The notes under the pieces are model-generated. The model saw only the letters and a program-made list of their open reading frames with translations, was not told the DNA's origin and did not search any database. Shown here piece by piece: positions 14,621-25,820 of a DNA stretch of 64,000 nucleotides. The translations under genes and the position numbers were made by a program. Where the stretch lies: NCBI RefSeq assembly GCF_035084215.1, contig NC_090365.1, positions 1,922,001-1,986,000 of the forward strand. The letters run 5' to 3'. Each line of letters begins with the position of its first letter. The first letter of the stretch is position 1. The DNA comes from Heptranchias perlo (Eukaryota).

Positions 14621-16328
14621 TTTGAATTCTGGTCAAGTATCCTAAACAAAATACATTTACATCACTGTGAGAAACAAGTTTATTACCGGATATGCTAAAA
14701 AAAAACATATCGAGCCTATTCTGATATTGTGCCAAATGAGGGAAGCTGTGCTGAAATTTTCTAAACCAACAGATTATCCCAGTGTCGTTATAATGCCATG
14801 CCGTTGAGATGTGGTTTATAGTGAGTGACGGTGAGGTATTCGGTACATCTTCCTTTATCTGACACCCTGGGATGTACTGGATTGGAAACGCCCTCAGTTT
14901 AACCCTTGCTAGTTCAGTGGGTAAAAGTTTCCCACCCACCCCCTCTCCCCTCCCCCACAGTACGATCAGATTGACCACAAGGCCGCGAGGGCCGAGATGC
15001 CCCCATGTCCAGCGATGGGTAAACCAGGCAGTGGTTCCCCTCTCCCCTCCCGCTGGACAGTCGTGGGCTGGGAGAGCAATGTCCTCCAACTGAAGAACAG
15101 CCACTGGGCTAAGACAGCAAAGGGCAGTCCCCAATCCCCCCCCCCCCGCTGTGACCCTGTGCAAATCAGGAGTGGGGGGAGCATTTTTTTTTTAAAGGAA
15201 TGCCTTGGTCAAACATTCCATCAGATCCGAGCCGATGCCCGCTTATTTTCCCACTTGATTTTCTAACCACCCGACCTTTTAATAATTTGTTTTTTTGAAA
15301 AAAACAATCCGTTGAGCCCAACTGTCCTGAAATGGAGACCCCGTTAGGATTGCGAGCGATGTGATTTTAGTGAGTAAACGAGCGTTCGTCACGCTGGCTG
15401 CCATTTTATTTCAAATCGATTCTCGGCAATAAAAATAATCAGGTTGTTTGACGAGAAAGTAATTGTTATTGTGATTCTCCCCTCCTTCCACCCCCCTCCT
15501 GAAGGTGCTCACTTCCTGTTGGGGTCGGGTTTCAATTCTGCCCCCCCACCCCCGGAACCCCGAATCAGCCATTATTTGGCTCACAGCCGCTTCTGATGCC
15601 CCCTTTAGCCCAGTGCCTACTATCCAGCAGTGGCGAACGGCTAGCGATCGGGGACTGGGAACCCTGACTGAATTCCCCCACCTCTACCCCGCGCACCCCC
15701 CCACCCAAAGATGGGGTGCCGAGCCCAATTGAGGCACCCCAAGCCCAGACCGAGATCAGACCACGCAGCACAGGCCTGAGGCCTTCCTGCACAGTGTGGC
15801 TCGTGGTCAAAGGTCAACAAGTTTGCCAGCTGAGCCATGGGTGAGGGGTCACCGGGGTGGGGGTGGCAGAGGTGGTAATTTAGTTTCCAAACGCCCGAAT
15901 CGCAGCCCGTAACGATGCCCCCACCCCCCCATCGATAGCCGGGGTGGTGGGGGGGGGGAGTCGTTAAGGAAACAGCTTTGGAGATTCAGCGTTTGTCCCG
16001 GGCGGACAGGGAGGCAGATGAAAGAGGCTGCACTTCCAATGATCTTAAATAACGTTTCAATTATATTTGGATCACAGAGGGGAGAAAAAAAAACACAATC
16101 TTTTTCATGCTTTCAACAATGAACCTCACAGCCCCCTTCTCCCCACCAACCCGCTCCCACAAACAAAAAATTAAAATTAAATAGCTCGAGCACACAAGAA
16201 GCCAGAAAGTCCGATCACAGGGTCACAGGAGGAGGACTGGGAGGGAGGGCAAGAAAAAAATAAAAAAATAAAAAGCTTTCCTTGGAGGTGGGGGGGGGGG
16301 GCGTTGTTTTTTTTTTTATTTATTCGTT

Positions 16329-18221
16329 TCACCTCCCCTCCTCCTTCTTTAATGTGTCGCCGGGCTGCACCCAGTTATTGTCATGGAGTCCGATTCGGCA
16401 GCCCGGTGTGTCTCTGTCTTTTCGCCGGCAGCACATCCAGTAGGAGCGTCCATAAGGCAGGTCGTGGTGGTAAGGTTTGGGGTGCCAGCGGCAGAGGGAG
16501 ACGTCCCCCCTCTCGTAGCGCCTCTTGCACTGCTTGCAGGGGTCGTCCCGGTACTGGGGGTCCCGGTTCCACCGGGAGTCCGTGGCCCGGATGCCGTAGG
16601 CCTCGATGACGCACTTGAAGTGGTGGCAGGCGCACTTGAGGGCGGCCAGGGACCGGGTGGGGAGGTAGCCGAGGATTTTCACCGTCACGTGATCAGGCAG
16701 GAGCAGCAGGTACTGTCGGGGCTCCAGGAGACGCTGGATCTTGAAGCGGATTTCCAGGAAGTCGTGGGAGACGTGGCGGTAGAGGCAGTAGAGGGAGGCG
16801 TCCGGCTGGTCAGTCTCGGAGCTCAACAGGACTCCCTTCTCCTTGGCCTCCGGCCGGCCCGGGCTGGCCTTCCTCTCGGCCGGCTCGTCCCCCACACCGG
16901 GCTGCTCCTCGGGGCTCTGGGCCAGGGAGTGCAGGAAGAACAGCTGGCCGGGCGGAGGGTCCTCGCAGGAAGGGCACTTGGCGTCCTGGCTCGGGCCGCT
17001 GACCGTCACGCAGACCGTGTCCTCCTTGTCGGCTTGGGCGCCGTCGCGGCCGAAGAAGACGCACTGGTCCAGGCCGCCCGTCACCACCACCTCCACGTGG
17101 AAGCCGTTCAGGCAGTCACGGGACGCGCTCTTCTCTGACGGGGAGGCGCCGGCGCCTTCGGGCGGCCCGTCCCTCCGCGGCTCTTCAGCTGGGTGGGGCG
17201 GCGCCATCTCCACATCCGACCGGGAGCGGGTCACGCCGCCATTGCTGTTGCCGCTGCTGCTAGGTGGGAATTCGGAGGAGGAGGAGGAGGAGGAGGGGCT
17301 GACGATTTGGTACAGGTCGCACGTGATCTTCTCCAAGGCTCCGTGGTGAAGGGTGTGGTTGCAGCTCATGAAGATGCAGCCGGGCCCGGCGGCGGACGAG
17401 GCCTCGGCCGGCGAGCGGCCGTCCCCGCTGGCCACCCGGAAGGCGATGCGCACCTCGCCGGAGGAGCAGGCGGCGCAGTCCGGCCCGGGACCCTCGTACT
17501 CCGGCCCGGGACCCTCCCGCTGGGCGGACTCGATCTTGGCGACGGCCTCGGCCACCCGGCTGACGTCGCCGGCCTCCTCCCGCTCCTCGGGGGCCGCCGC
17601 CGCCACCACCATCGGCGGCGGCGGGGGCTCAGCCGCTTGCTCTGGCCCGGCCTGACCCCGCGGAGCCGCGCACGACCTCTGCTCCACCCGCGCCACCATC
17701 TCGGCCACAGAGACCGGGTCCACCTCGCGCGGCGTCTCCGAGCACACGGTCGCGGCCTCCTCCTCCTCCTCCTCCTCTGCCGCCGGTGGCGGCCGACGCG
17801 GCTCCTTGGCCCTCGCCGGGCAGCCCTTGGTCGGATCGTGTGATTTCCGCCGCCTTTTTGGCTTCGTCCCGTCCGTGCTCCAGTTACCCTTCACCTTCAC
17901 CGCGTTCGTCCGGCCGCCACCGCCACCGCCGTTGCCGCACTGGTGCGCCACGAAGAAGGCGATCTTCTCCTTGGTGTTGCCCGGCTTGATGACGTACCAG
18001 GTGTCCAGCATGACCCGCCCCTCCTCCCCTTGCCCGTCCCCCGGGGCGGAGGAGGAGGAGGGGGCCGGGGGCGTGTTCTCTGAGCACGAGGGCTCGCTCT
18101 CTTTGGGCCTGGCATCCCCCGCGGTCTTTTTGACGCTGATGCAGCACTGCTTGTTCTGGGAGTAGGTGCCGAAAGGCCTGGGGCACCAGAGTCTTATGCG
18201 GGAGAAAGTGTTCTGGTCCAT
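16329..18221 (-). CDS. FBXO46: F-box only protein 46, single coding exon, 630 aa
   Basis: N-terminal LWCPRPFGTYSQN and DTWYVIKPGNTKEKIAFFVAHQC; F-box LLLLPDHVTVKILGYLPTRSLAALKCAC; C-terminal DDPCKQCKRRYERGDVSLCRWHPKPYHHDLPYGRSYWMCC. The ORF-track start is a GTG; the true ATG is at 18221 (gcacaATGg); acceptor tttcgcAG at 18317-18316. Confidence 0.95.
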   Translation of the reverse strand: MDQNTFSRIRLWCPRPFGTYSQNKQCCISVKKTAGDARPKESEPSCSENTPPAPSSSSAPGDGQGEEGRVMLDTWYVIKPGNTKEKIAFFVAHQCGNGGGGGGRTNAVKVKGNWSTDGTKPKRRRKSHDPTKGCPARAKEPRRPPPAAEEEEEEEAATVCSETPREVDPVSVAEMVARVEQRSCAAPRGQAGPEQAAEPPPPPMVVAAAAPEEREEAGDVSRVAEAVAKIESAQREGPGPEYEGPGPDCAACSSGEVRIAFRVASGDGRSPAEASSAAGPGCIFMSCNHTLHHGALEKITCDLYQIVSPSSSSSSSEFPPSSSGNSNGGVTRSRSDVEMAPPHPAEEPRRDGPPEGAGASPSEKSASRDCLNGFHVEVVVTGGLDQCVFFGRDGAQADKEDTVCVTVSGPSQDAKCPSCEDPPPGQLFFLHSLAQSPEEQPGVGDEPAERKASPGRPEAKEKGVLLSSETDQPDASLYCLYRHVSHDFLEIRFKIQRLLEPRQYLLLLPDHVTVKILGYLPTRSLAALKCACHHFKCVIEAYGIRATDSRWNRDPQYRDDPCKQCKRRYERGDVSLCRWHPKPYHHDLPYGRSYWMCCRRKDRDTPGCRIGLHDNNWVQPGDTLKKEEGR

Positions 18222-18474
18222 TGTGCGGGCCCGCCAGGCCCCAGCGGTCACGGGCTCCACTCTCCCACTCCGGGGTCATTCAGTTCGAAGGATCCGCTTC
18301 CAGTTCTGACTCCGCCTGCGAAACCAGAGAGAGAGACTTTTAGTTCTGAGGAAGCATCTCACCTAAAATGTTAATCACCCCATTGCTCCTTCTTTGCCCC
18401 TATTTTGCCCCCCTCTCCTGAGCAAGTATGGAAATTATCAGGGCTGCTTTCCCTCCTCCTCTACCGCACTCGGA

Positions 18475-18885
18475 ACGAAAGTACTTGCATTTATATAGCG
18501 CCTTTCACGGCCTCAGGACATCCCAAAGCGCTTCACAGCCAATGAAGTACTTTTCGAAGTGCAGTCACTGTTGTAATGTAGGAAACGCGGCAGCCAATTT
18601 GCGCACAGCAAGATCCCACAAACAGCAATGTGATAATGACCAGATAATCTGTTTTTTTTTAAGGTGTTGGTTGAGGGATAAAGATTGGCCAGTTCATCGG
18701 GGAGAACTCTTCTTCGAAATAGTACCGCAGGACCTTTTACATCCAGAGGGGGGGCCTCCGGTTAATGTCTCATCCGAAAGACGGCACCTCTGACAGTGCG
18801 GCACTCCCTCAGTACCGCACTGGGAGTGTCGGCCTGGATGATGTGCTCGAGTCTCTGGAGTGGGACTTGAACCCACGACTTTCTG
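18475..18885 (-). mobile_element. DeuSINE-like SINE
   Basis: Conserved tail, body and B-box. Confidence 0.85.
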
Positions 18886-19329
18886 CGAGGGTTTGTCAGC
18901 TTTTCTGACTAAAGGCTGTGTCACCCAGGCAGGGCACAAGCTGCCTCTTTTCTTCTGAAAACCCACTAAGCTTTTGGCTATCCCTCCTAACCTCTCCCTC
19001 CTGGCTCAGTGTCCATTTTCCTCGTGCCTCTGTGAAATACTCTGGGACGCTCCCTTTGTTAAGAGGACTCATTAATCCTGGTACACGCTCTCCCTCCCCC
19101 CACCCCCCCCCCGCAAAGGCGTCGCACTTTGTTACAGATGGAAAATGATCTTTTAAAAAAAAAGGAAAGCCAGTTATTGACCTGGAAGCTGAAACGTTCC
19201 ATCGATTAGAGCTGCCGCGAGATTAAATCCCGAGCTGTGATTGCCTGGATTTGCAGTGTTAAGTAAGGCCCTGTTTGCAGCTGAACATCACAACCAGACC
19301 CTGCAAGCAAAGCCGCGAGAAGCTTGTAG

Positions 19330-19727
19330 CACTAGAAAAGAGAAGGGTGAGGGGTGACCTGATAGAGGTCTTCAAAATTATGAAGGGGTTTCGATGGGGT
19401 AGACGTAGAGAAGATGTTTCCACTTGTGGGGGAGACCAGAACTAGGGGCCATAAATATAAAAGTCATTAATAGGGAATTCAGGAGAAACTTCTTTACCCA
19501 GAGAGTGGTGAGAATGTGGAACTCGCTCCCACATGGAGTAGTTGAGGTGAATAGTGTGGATACATTTAAGGGGAAAGCTACGAAAGTACATGAGGGAGAA
19601 AGGAATAGAAGGATATGCTGATAGGGTGGGATGAAGTAGGGAGGGAGGAGGCTTGTGAGGAGCATAAACACCAGCACAGACCCGTGGGGCCGAATGGCCT
19701 GTTTCTGTGCTGTACATTCTATGTAAT
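19330..19727 (+). mobile_element. CR1 LINE 3' fragment
   Basis: LEKRR.RGDLIEVFKIMKG...FRRNFFTQRVVRMWNSLP; CR1 3' UTR. Confidence 0.85.
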
Positions 19728-20054
19728 GGATCAGCCGGTGTTTGAGTGCAGTGATACAGTTGGAATCGTAAGATGTTTGTACAAAACAACAACGCAGCTT
19801 ATGGCAGACGGGCTCTATCTCTCTGTCGGTTGAGCTCCTGAATTATATTGGTCTCGCTCTAGCAGAGTAGATGCTGGAGCCAGCCCTGCTTGTTTATGTT
19901 CAGGGTCTCCGTATCAGGTGTCAGTTGTGGCTCAGTGGATACCACTCCCACCTCTGAGTCAAGAAGGTCGTGGGTTCAGGTCCCACTCCAGAGACTTGAG
20001 CACCTAATCTAGGCCGACACTACAAAGTGATTTTAGCCGGACCAGGGATTTACT

Positions 20055-20476
20055 CCACACCCCTGTGCTCGCCAATCTACATTGGCTCCCAGTCGGGCAA
20101 CGCCTTCAATTTAAAATTCTCATCCTCCTGTTCAAATCTCTCCATGTCCTCGCCCCCTCCCTATCTCTGTAACCCCCTACAACCCTCCGAGATCTCTGAG
20201 CTCCTCCAATTCTGGCCTCTTGTGCATCCCCGATTTCCTTCACCCCACCATTGGCGGCCGTGCCTTCAGCTGCCTGGGCCCCACACTCCCTTCCTAAACC
20301 TCTCCTCCTTTAAGATGCTCCTTAAAACCTACCCCCTTGGCCAAGCTTTTGGTCACCTGTCCTAATATCTCCTTATGTGGCTCGGTGTCAAATTTTGTCT
20401 GATAATCGCTCCTGTGAAGCACCTTGGGACATTTTACTCCGTTAAAGGCGCTATATAAATGCAAGTTGTTGTTGTT
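20055..20476 (+). mobile_element. L2 LINE 3' fragment
   Basis: LHWLPV..R..FKIL-type ORF2 end; terminates GGCGCTATATAAATGCAAG(TTG)n. Confidence 0.8.
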
Positions 20477-21584
20477 AGATTTGTCCAGCTCTCTTATTTC
20501 CAATAAAAGCACCAAACAAAACAAGCAAATCCTGTACAAATAAGAATATTCAGACCTATTGGGCTATAAAGAGCTGGAGTTTTAACTCCAGGCTTGTGAG
20601 GTACTCAAAGTACAAAAAACCCCTCAGGAACTAACAAGAACTCTCAACACCAACATGCATTTTCTTTCATACGGCACCTTTAACATAATAAACGTCCCAA
20701 AGCGCCCCATAGAAGCGACAACTGGGCACTGGGCAGTGCTGGGTGAAAGGTTAGGGGTGGAGATGGAAGGTGAGGGCACAGTAGCATTGTGTTTATGGGG
20801 CTAGACTGGCAACCCTCGAGTCTCGAGTACAAACCCCACCGCGGCAAGTTGTGAAACTAGATTCTGGCACCAGGAAAAACAGGACCAAAGAAATCCAACT
20901 GGTTCACTAATGTCCGGTACAGGCATGATGGGCCAAATGGCCTCCTTCTGTGCTGTATGATTCTATGTCCTCCAAGGAGATGAACATGTGCACTGCCCCC
21001 TGCCTGGCCTGGCCCACACTTCTTTTGATGCCTTCTGACGTTGCCCTAGTAAGCCACGCAGCCATAAGAACAAGGTGAAGGTCCATCTTCATCTCCTCAG
21101 GGCAACTAGGGACGGGCAATAAATGCGGCCTTGCCACCGTCACCCACATTCCAAGAACAAGTGAAGAAAAAGAAGAGGCTTTTTGAAGGAGGTGGCAAGG
21201 CGGAGGGGTTTAGGGAGAGCGGGGAGAATGTTTCAGAGCGCGGGAAGGCGGGGGTGGCTCGAGGCTCTGATGCTGAAGGGGGAGTGGAGACCCACAGGAG
21301 GCCAGAGCTGGCAGAGAGGTCAGAGTGTGCTGGTGTGTAGCGGCGGAGGGGTTTTCGACGAGTTGAAGGGTCATGAAAGGTGGAAATTGGAGCTGGCGAA
21401 GTTGGGGGGGGGGGTCATCGAGCCCGTAGATGGGGATGGTGCAACTAAGGGCTTCAACATCGGGTGAACAGGCCAATGTGCTCCTCAGAGAGATTCATTT
21501 CATTGACTGATCAATTCGGCTTTTGATTCCAAGGACAATCTCAGACGCAAACCATCTTCCCAAAGGCCTGCTAATGTGTCGTCA

Positions 21585-22262
21585 CAACAACAACAACAGC
21601 TTGCATTTATATAGCGCCTTTAACGCAGTAAAACCTCCCAAGGTGCTTCACAGGAGCGATTATCAAACAAAATTTGACACCGAGCCAAAGAAGATATTAG
21701 GACAGGTGACCAAAAGCTTGGTCGAAGAGGTAGGTTTTAAGGAGCGTCTTAAAGGGGGAGAGAGAGGTAGAGAGGTTTAGGGAGGGAATTCCAGAGTTTA
21801 GAGCCCAGGCAGCTGAAGGCACGGCCGCCAATGGTGGAGCCAAGGAAATCCCGAAAGTGCAAGAGGCCAGAATTGGAGGAGCACAGAGCTCTCGGAGGGT
21901 TGTGGGGCTGGAGGAGGTTACAGAGATAGGGAGGGGGCGAAGGCCCTGGAGGGGATTTAAACACTAGGATGAGAATTTTAAAATCAAGGCATTGCCGGAC
22001 CGGAAGCCAATGTAGGTCAGCGAGCACAGGGGGTGATGGGTGAACGGGACTTGGTGCGAGTTAGGATACGGGCAGCAGAGTTTTGGATGAGGGCAAGTTT
22101 ACAAAGGGTGCAAGGTGGGAGGCCGGCCAGGACAGCATTGGAGTAGTCAAGTCTAGAAGTAACAAAGGCATGGATGAGGGCTCCAGCAGCAGATGAGCTG
22201 AGGCAGGGGCAGATGGGCGATGATACGGAGGTGGAAGTACACAATCACGCCCCAAGTACAAT
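21585..22262 (-). mobile_element. L2 LINE 3' fragment
   Basis: LIHAFVTSRLDYSNAVLAGLP...IQNSAARILT; LADLHWLPVRQ...GGRAFS..G.KLWNSLP. Confidence 0.88.
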
Positions 22263-22289
22263 TAATTGGAGTCGTAGCTGACACAAAGG

Positions 22290-23400
22290 AAGATGGTAGT
22301 GGTTGTTGGAGGCCAATCATCTCAGCCCCAGGACATCGTGTAGGAGTTCCTCAGGGCAGTGTCCTGGGCCCGACTAAGTTCAGCTGCTTCGTCAATGACC
22401 TTCCCTGCTGCATAAGGTCAGAAGTGGGGATGTTCGCTGACGATTGGAGCTGCACACCGTGCACTCACTATCCCTCAGATAATGAAGCAGTCTGAGCCCG
22501 CATGCAGCAAGACCTGGACAACATCCAGGCTTGGGCTGATAAGCGGCAAGTAACATTCATGCTACACAAGTGCCAGGCAATGACCATCTCTAACAAGAGA
22601 GAGTCTAACCACCTTCCCTTGACATTCAACGGCATTACCATCGCCGAATTCCCCACCATCAACATCCTGGGGGTCACCGTTGATCAGAAACTCAACTGGA
22701 CCAGCCATATAAATCCTACAAGAGCAGGTCAGAGGCTGGGTATTCTGCGGTGAGTGACTCACCTCCTGACTCCCCAAAGCCTTTCCACCATCTACATGCA
22801 CATCAGGAGAGTGATGGAATACTCTCCACTTACCTGGATGAGTGCAGCTCCAACAACATTCAAGAAGCTCGACACCATCCAGGACGCTTGATTGGCACCC
22901 CATCCACCACCCTAAACATTCACTCCCTTCACCACCGGCACACTGTGGCTGCAGTGTGTACCATCCACAGGATGCACTGCAGCAACTCGCCAAGGCTTCT
23001 TCGACAGCACCTCCCAAACCCGTGACCTCTACCACTTAGAAGGACAAGAGCAGCAGGCACATGGGAACAACACCACCTGCACATTCCCCTCCAAGTCCCG
23101 ACTTGGAAATATATCGCCGTTCCTTCATCGTCGCTGGGTCAAAATCCTGGAATTCCCTACCTAACAGCACTGTGGGAGAACCTTCATTACAACAGGGACT
23201 ACACTTCAAAAGGTGCTTCCTTGGCGCTTTGGGACGTCCTGAGGTCATGAAAGGCGCTGTATAAATGCAAGTCTTTCTTTACCTTCACCACACGGGCTGC
23301 AGCCATTCAAGAAGAAGGCAGCCCACCACCACCTTCTCAAGGGCAACTAGGGATGGGCAATAAATGCCAGCCTCGCCAGCGACACCCACATCCTGAGAAT
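22290..23400 (+). mobile_element. CR1-clade LINE fragment with RT motifs (GVPQGSVLGP, MFADD)
   Basis: RT motifs in ORF 22220-22495; QQDLDNIQAWA; frameshifted; short SINE tail inserted at ~23185-23280. Confidence 0.85.
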
Positions 23401-23654
23401 GTGTATATATATAAAAATTTGCCGAACCATTCATCTCAATGCAAAAAAAAATAAACAAGCTCTTAGATAATTACCAACTCTATCGAAATGTTAAAACATG
23501 TTAGCAGCAACTTGCCCTGAGCTCTCAGTTTAGGTTTACAGGTTCAAGCAAACTACAATAACACACCCGGTTCAGAGACCCACCCAACACATTAACCGGT
23601 GTTTCTCCATCTCTTGACAGATCTGCGTTGCAATTCGATCATTTTCTGCTTTTA

Positions 23655-23990
23655 TGTGGCAGCCAATTTGCGCACAGCAAGGTCCCACAAACAGCAATGA
23701 GATAACGACCAGATAATCTGTCTTAGTGGTATTGGCTGTGGGATAAATATTGGCCCAGGACACTGGGGAGAACGTCTTCGAAATATAGTGGCTGTGGGAT
23801 CTTTTACATCCACCTGAGAGGGCAGACGGGACCTTGGTTTAACACCTCATCTGCAAGACCTCCGACAGTGCAGCGCTCCCTCAGTACTGTACTGGAGTAT
23901 CGGCCTGGATTACGTGCTCAAGTCTCTGGAGTGGGACTTGATCCCACAATCTTCTGACTCAGAGGCGAGAGTGCTACCCACCAAGCCACG
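23655..23990 (-). mobile_element. DeuSINE-like SINE
   Basis: Conserved body and head. Confidence 0.8.
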
Positions 23991-24439
23991 ACCCCACGTA
24001 CCGTACCCCAGCAAGGGGCTACACCCTTTAGAAGAGGTGGAAAGAAGATTGGGTGTGAGGTGGACCACAGGACAGAGATAATTTAGATGCCAAGGGAAGG
24101 CCCGGTTTAGGCCTCCTCGATGGCTTTGCAGATTTTGTCTAGTGAGGAGCTGAGTCATACAGACCAGGAAGTTCCCAGGTTCGATCCCTGACCTGAGCTG
24201 AGTTTGCTGATCTCAGCCTGGGTCGGGGGGGCGGGGGTTTAACAGGAACTACAATTGGCTTTGGAGTCCCTGGGAGGATAATTGGTCAGCGGTCCTACTC
24301 CTGATTGCCATTGGAGAGTCCGGCTAGAAAGGCTTGTCGGAAAGTCGGGTGAGAACAAGGAGCAGCTCGGCTCCCATAACTGGTTGAACAGCTGCTCGCT
24401 GGATTGATCAGTTGCAAAAGGTCCGCTCCTTTAGGTGAG

Positions 24440-24537
24440 GAGAGGGGAGGGGGTGAGAGGGGAGGGGGTGGGAGGGGAGGGGGTGGGAGGGGAGGGGGTG
24501 GGAGGGGAGGGGGTGAGAGGGGAGGGGGTGGGAGGGC
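24440..24537 (+). repeat. G-rich ~20-bp tandem repeat (GGGAGGGGAGGGGGT-type)
   Basis: About 5 copies; G-quadruplex-prone. Confidence 0.85.
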
Positions 24538-25059
24538 AAAGCAGGGCAAATATAATCTCAAAACCAAGGAAAGGCTTGACGTGGGAATAGAAATGTTTTA
24601 AAACCCACTTTCTCCCTTTCCCTGGTCCATGGGGGGCCTGGGTGGGCGAAGGAGAAGTTGTTTTCTGGCCTCTGCCAATGTCACCCTGCCATCGGGTGGA
24701 GGTGGGTGAGAACGTGCCCCTGCTCCCGGATCCCCTATGCCCCGATTTCCCCCTTGCTGGTTGTGAGATGGGGGAGAGGGTGCAGTATCTGTACGGGCTC
24801 AATCTTCAGCTCTCTCTTTAATGGGAGCACTGAGATCCCACAGGGAGGAACCAGGAGGCTAAAAGTTACATATTATCCTCCCCTTCCCACCGTCCCCCCA
24901 CCACGTACTCACACATGATGAATGGCCACGGGGGAGAGGTGCCAGAGGGCATGGGGTTACCCAGGGAACTGAGTCCCAGCACAAGTCAGCACCAAGGGAA
25001 CTGAGTCCCAGCATGAAGCAATGCACCTGCATCCCAACCTAAGTCAGCTCCTGAAGCAA

Positions 25060-25820
25060 TGTACCCCAATAAGCATCAGGGCCTGGGTAACTGTACCCCA
25101 GCGTGGGTCAGGGTCTGGGTAACTGTACCCCAGCGTGGGTCAGGGCCTGGGTAACTGTACCCCAGCGTGGGTCAGGGCCTGGGTAACTGTACCCCAGCGT
25201 GGGTCAGGGCCTGGGTAACTGTACCCCAGCGTGGGTCAGGGCCTGGGTAACTGTACCCCAATAAGCATCAGGGCCTGGGTAACTGTACCCCAGCGTGGGT
25301 CAGGGCCTGGGTAACTGTACCCCAGCGTGGGTCAGGGCCTGGGTAACTGTACCCCAGCGTGGGTCAGGGCCTGGGTAACTGTACCATAGCGTGGGTCAGG
25401 GCCTGGGTAACTGTACCCCAGCCTGGGTCAGGGTCTGGGTAACTGTACCCCAGCGTGGGTCAGGGTCTGGGTAACTGTACCCCAGCGTGGGTCAGGGTCT
25501 GGGTAACTGTACCCCAGCGTGGGTCAGGGTCTGGGTAACTGTACCCCAGCGTGGGTCAGGGTCTGGGTAACTGTACCCCAGCCTGGGTCAGGGTCTGGGT
25601 AACTGTACCCCAGCCTGGGTCAGGGCCTGGGTAACTGTACCCCAGCGTGGGTCAGGGTCTGGGTAACTGTACCCCAGCGTGGGTCAGGGTCTGGGTAACT
25701 GTACCCCAACAAGCATCAGGGCCTGGGTAACTGTACCCCAGCCTGGGTCAGGGCCTGGGTAACTGTACCCCAGCGTGGGTCAGGGCCTGGGTAACTGTAC
25801 CCCAGCGTGGGTCAGGGTCT
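25060..25820 (+). repeat. 32-bp minisatellite GGGTAACTGTACCCCAGCGTGGGTCAGGG(C/T)CT
   Basis: About 23 copies; period of 32 checked (25085 to 25117). Confidence 0.95.

Noticed and set aside
15341-15420. Possible SECIS or snoRNA in the FBXO46 3' UTR
   Set aside because: Required boxes and pairing could not be identified.
16383-18165. Antisense ORFs over FBXO46 (and over the ZBTB1-like CDS)
   Set aside because: Expected shadows of GC-rich coding sequence; no recognisable domains.
25060-25820. CRISPR-like array (32-bp period; also 33232 and 4145)
   Set aside because: Contiguous tandem units with no unique spacers, no cas genes, vertebrate context.
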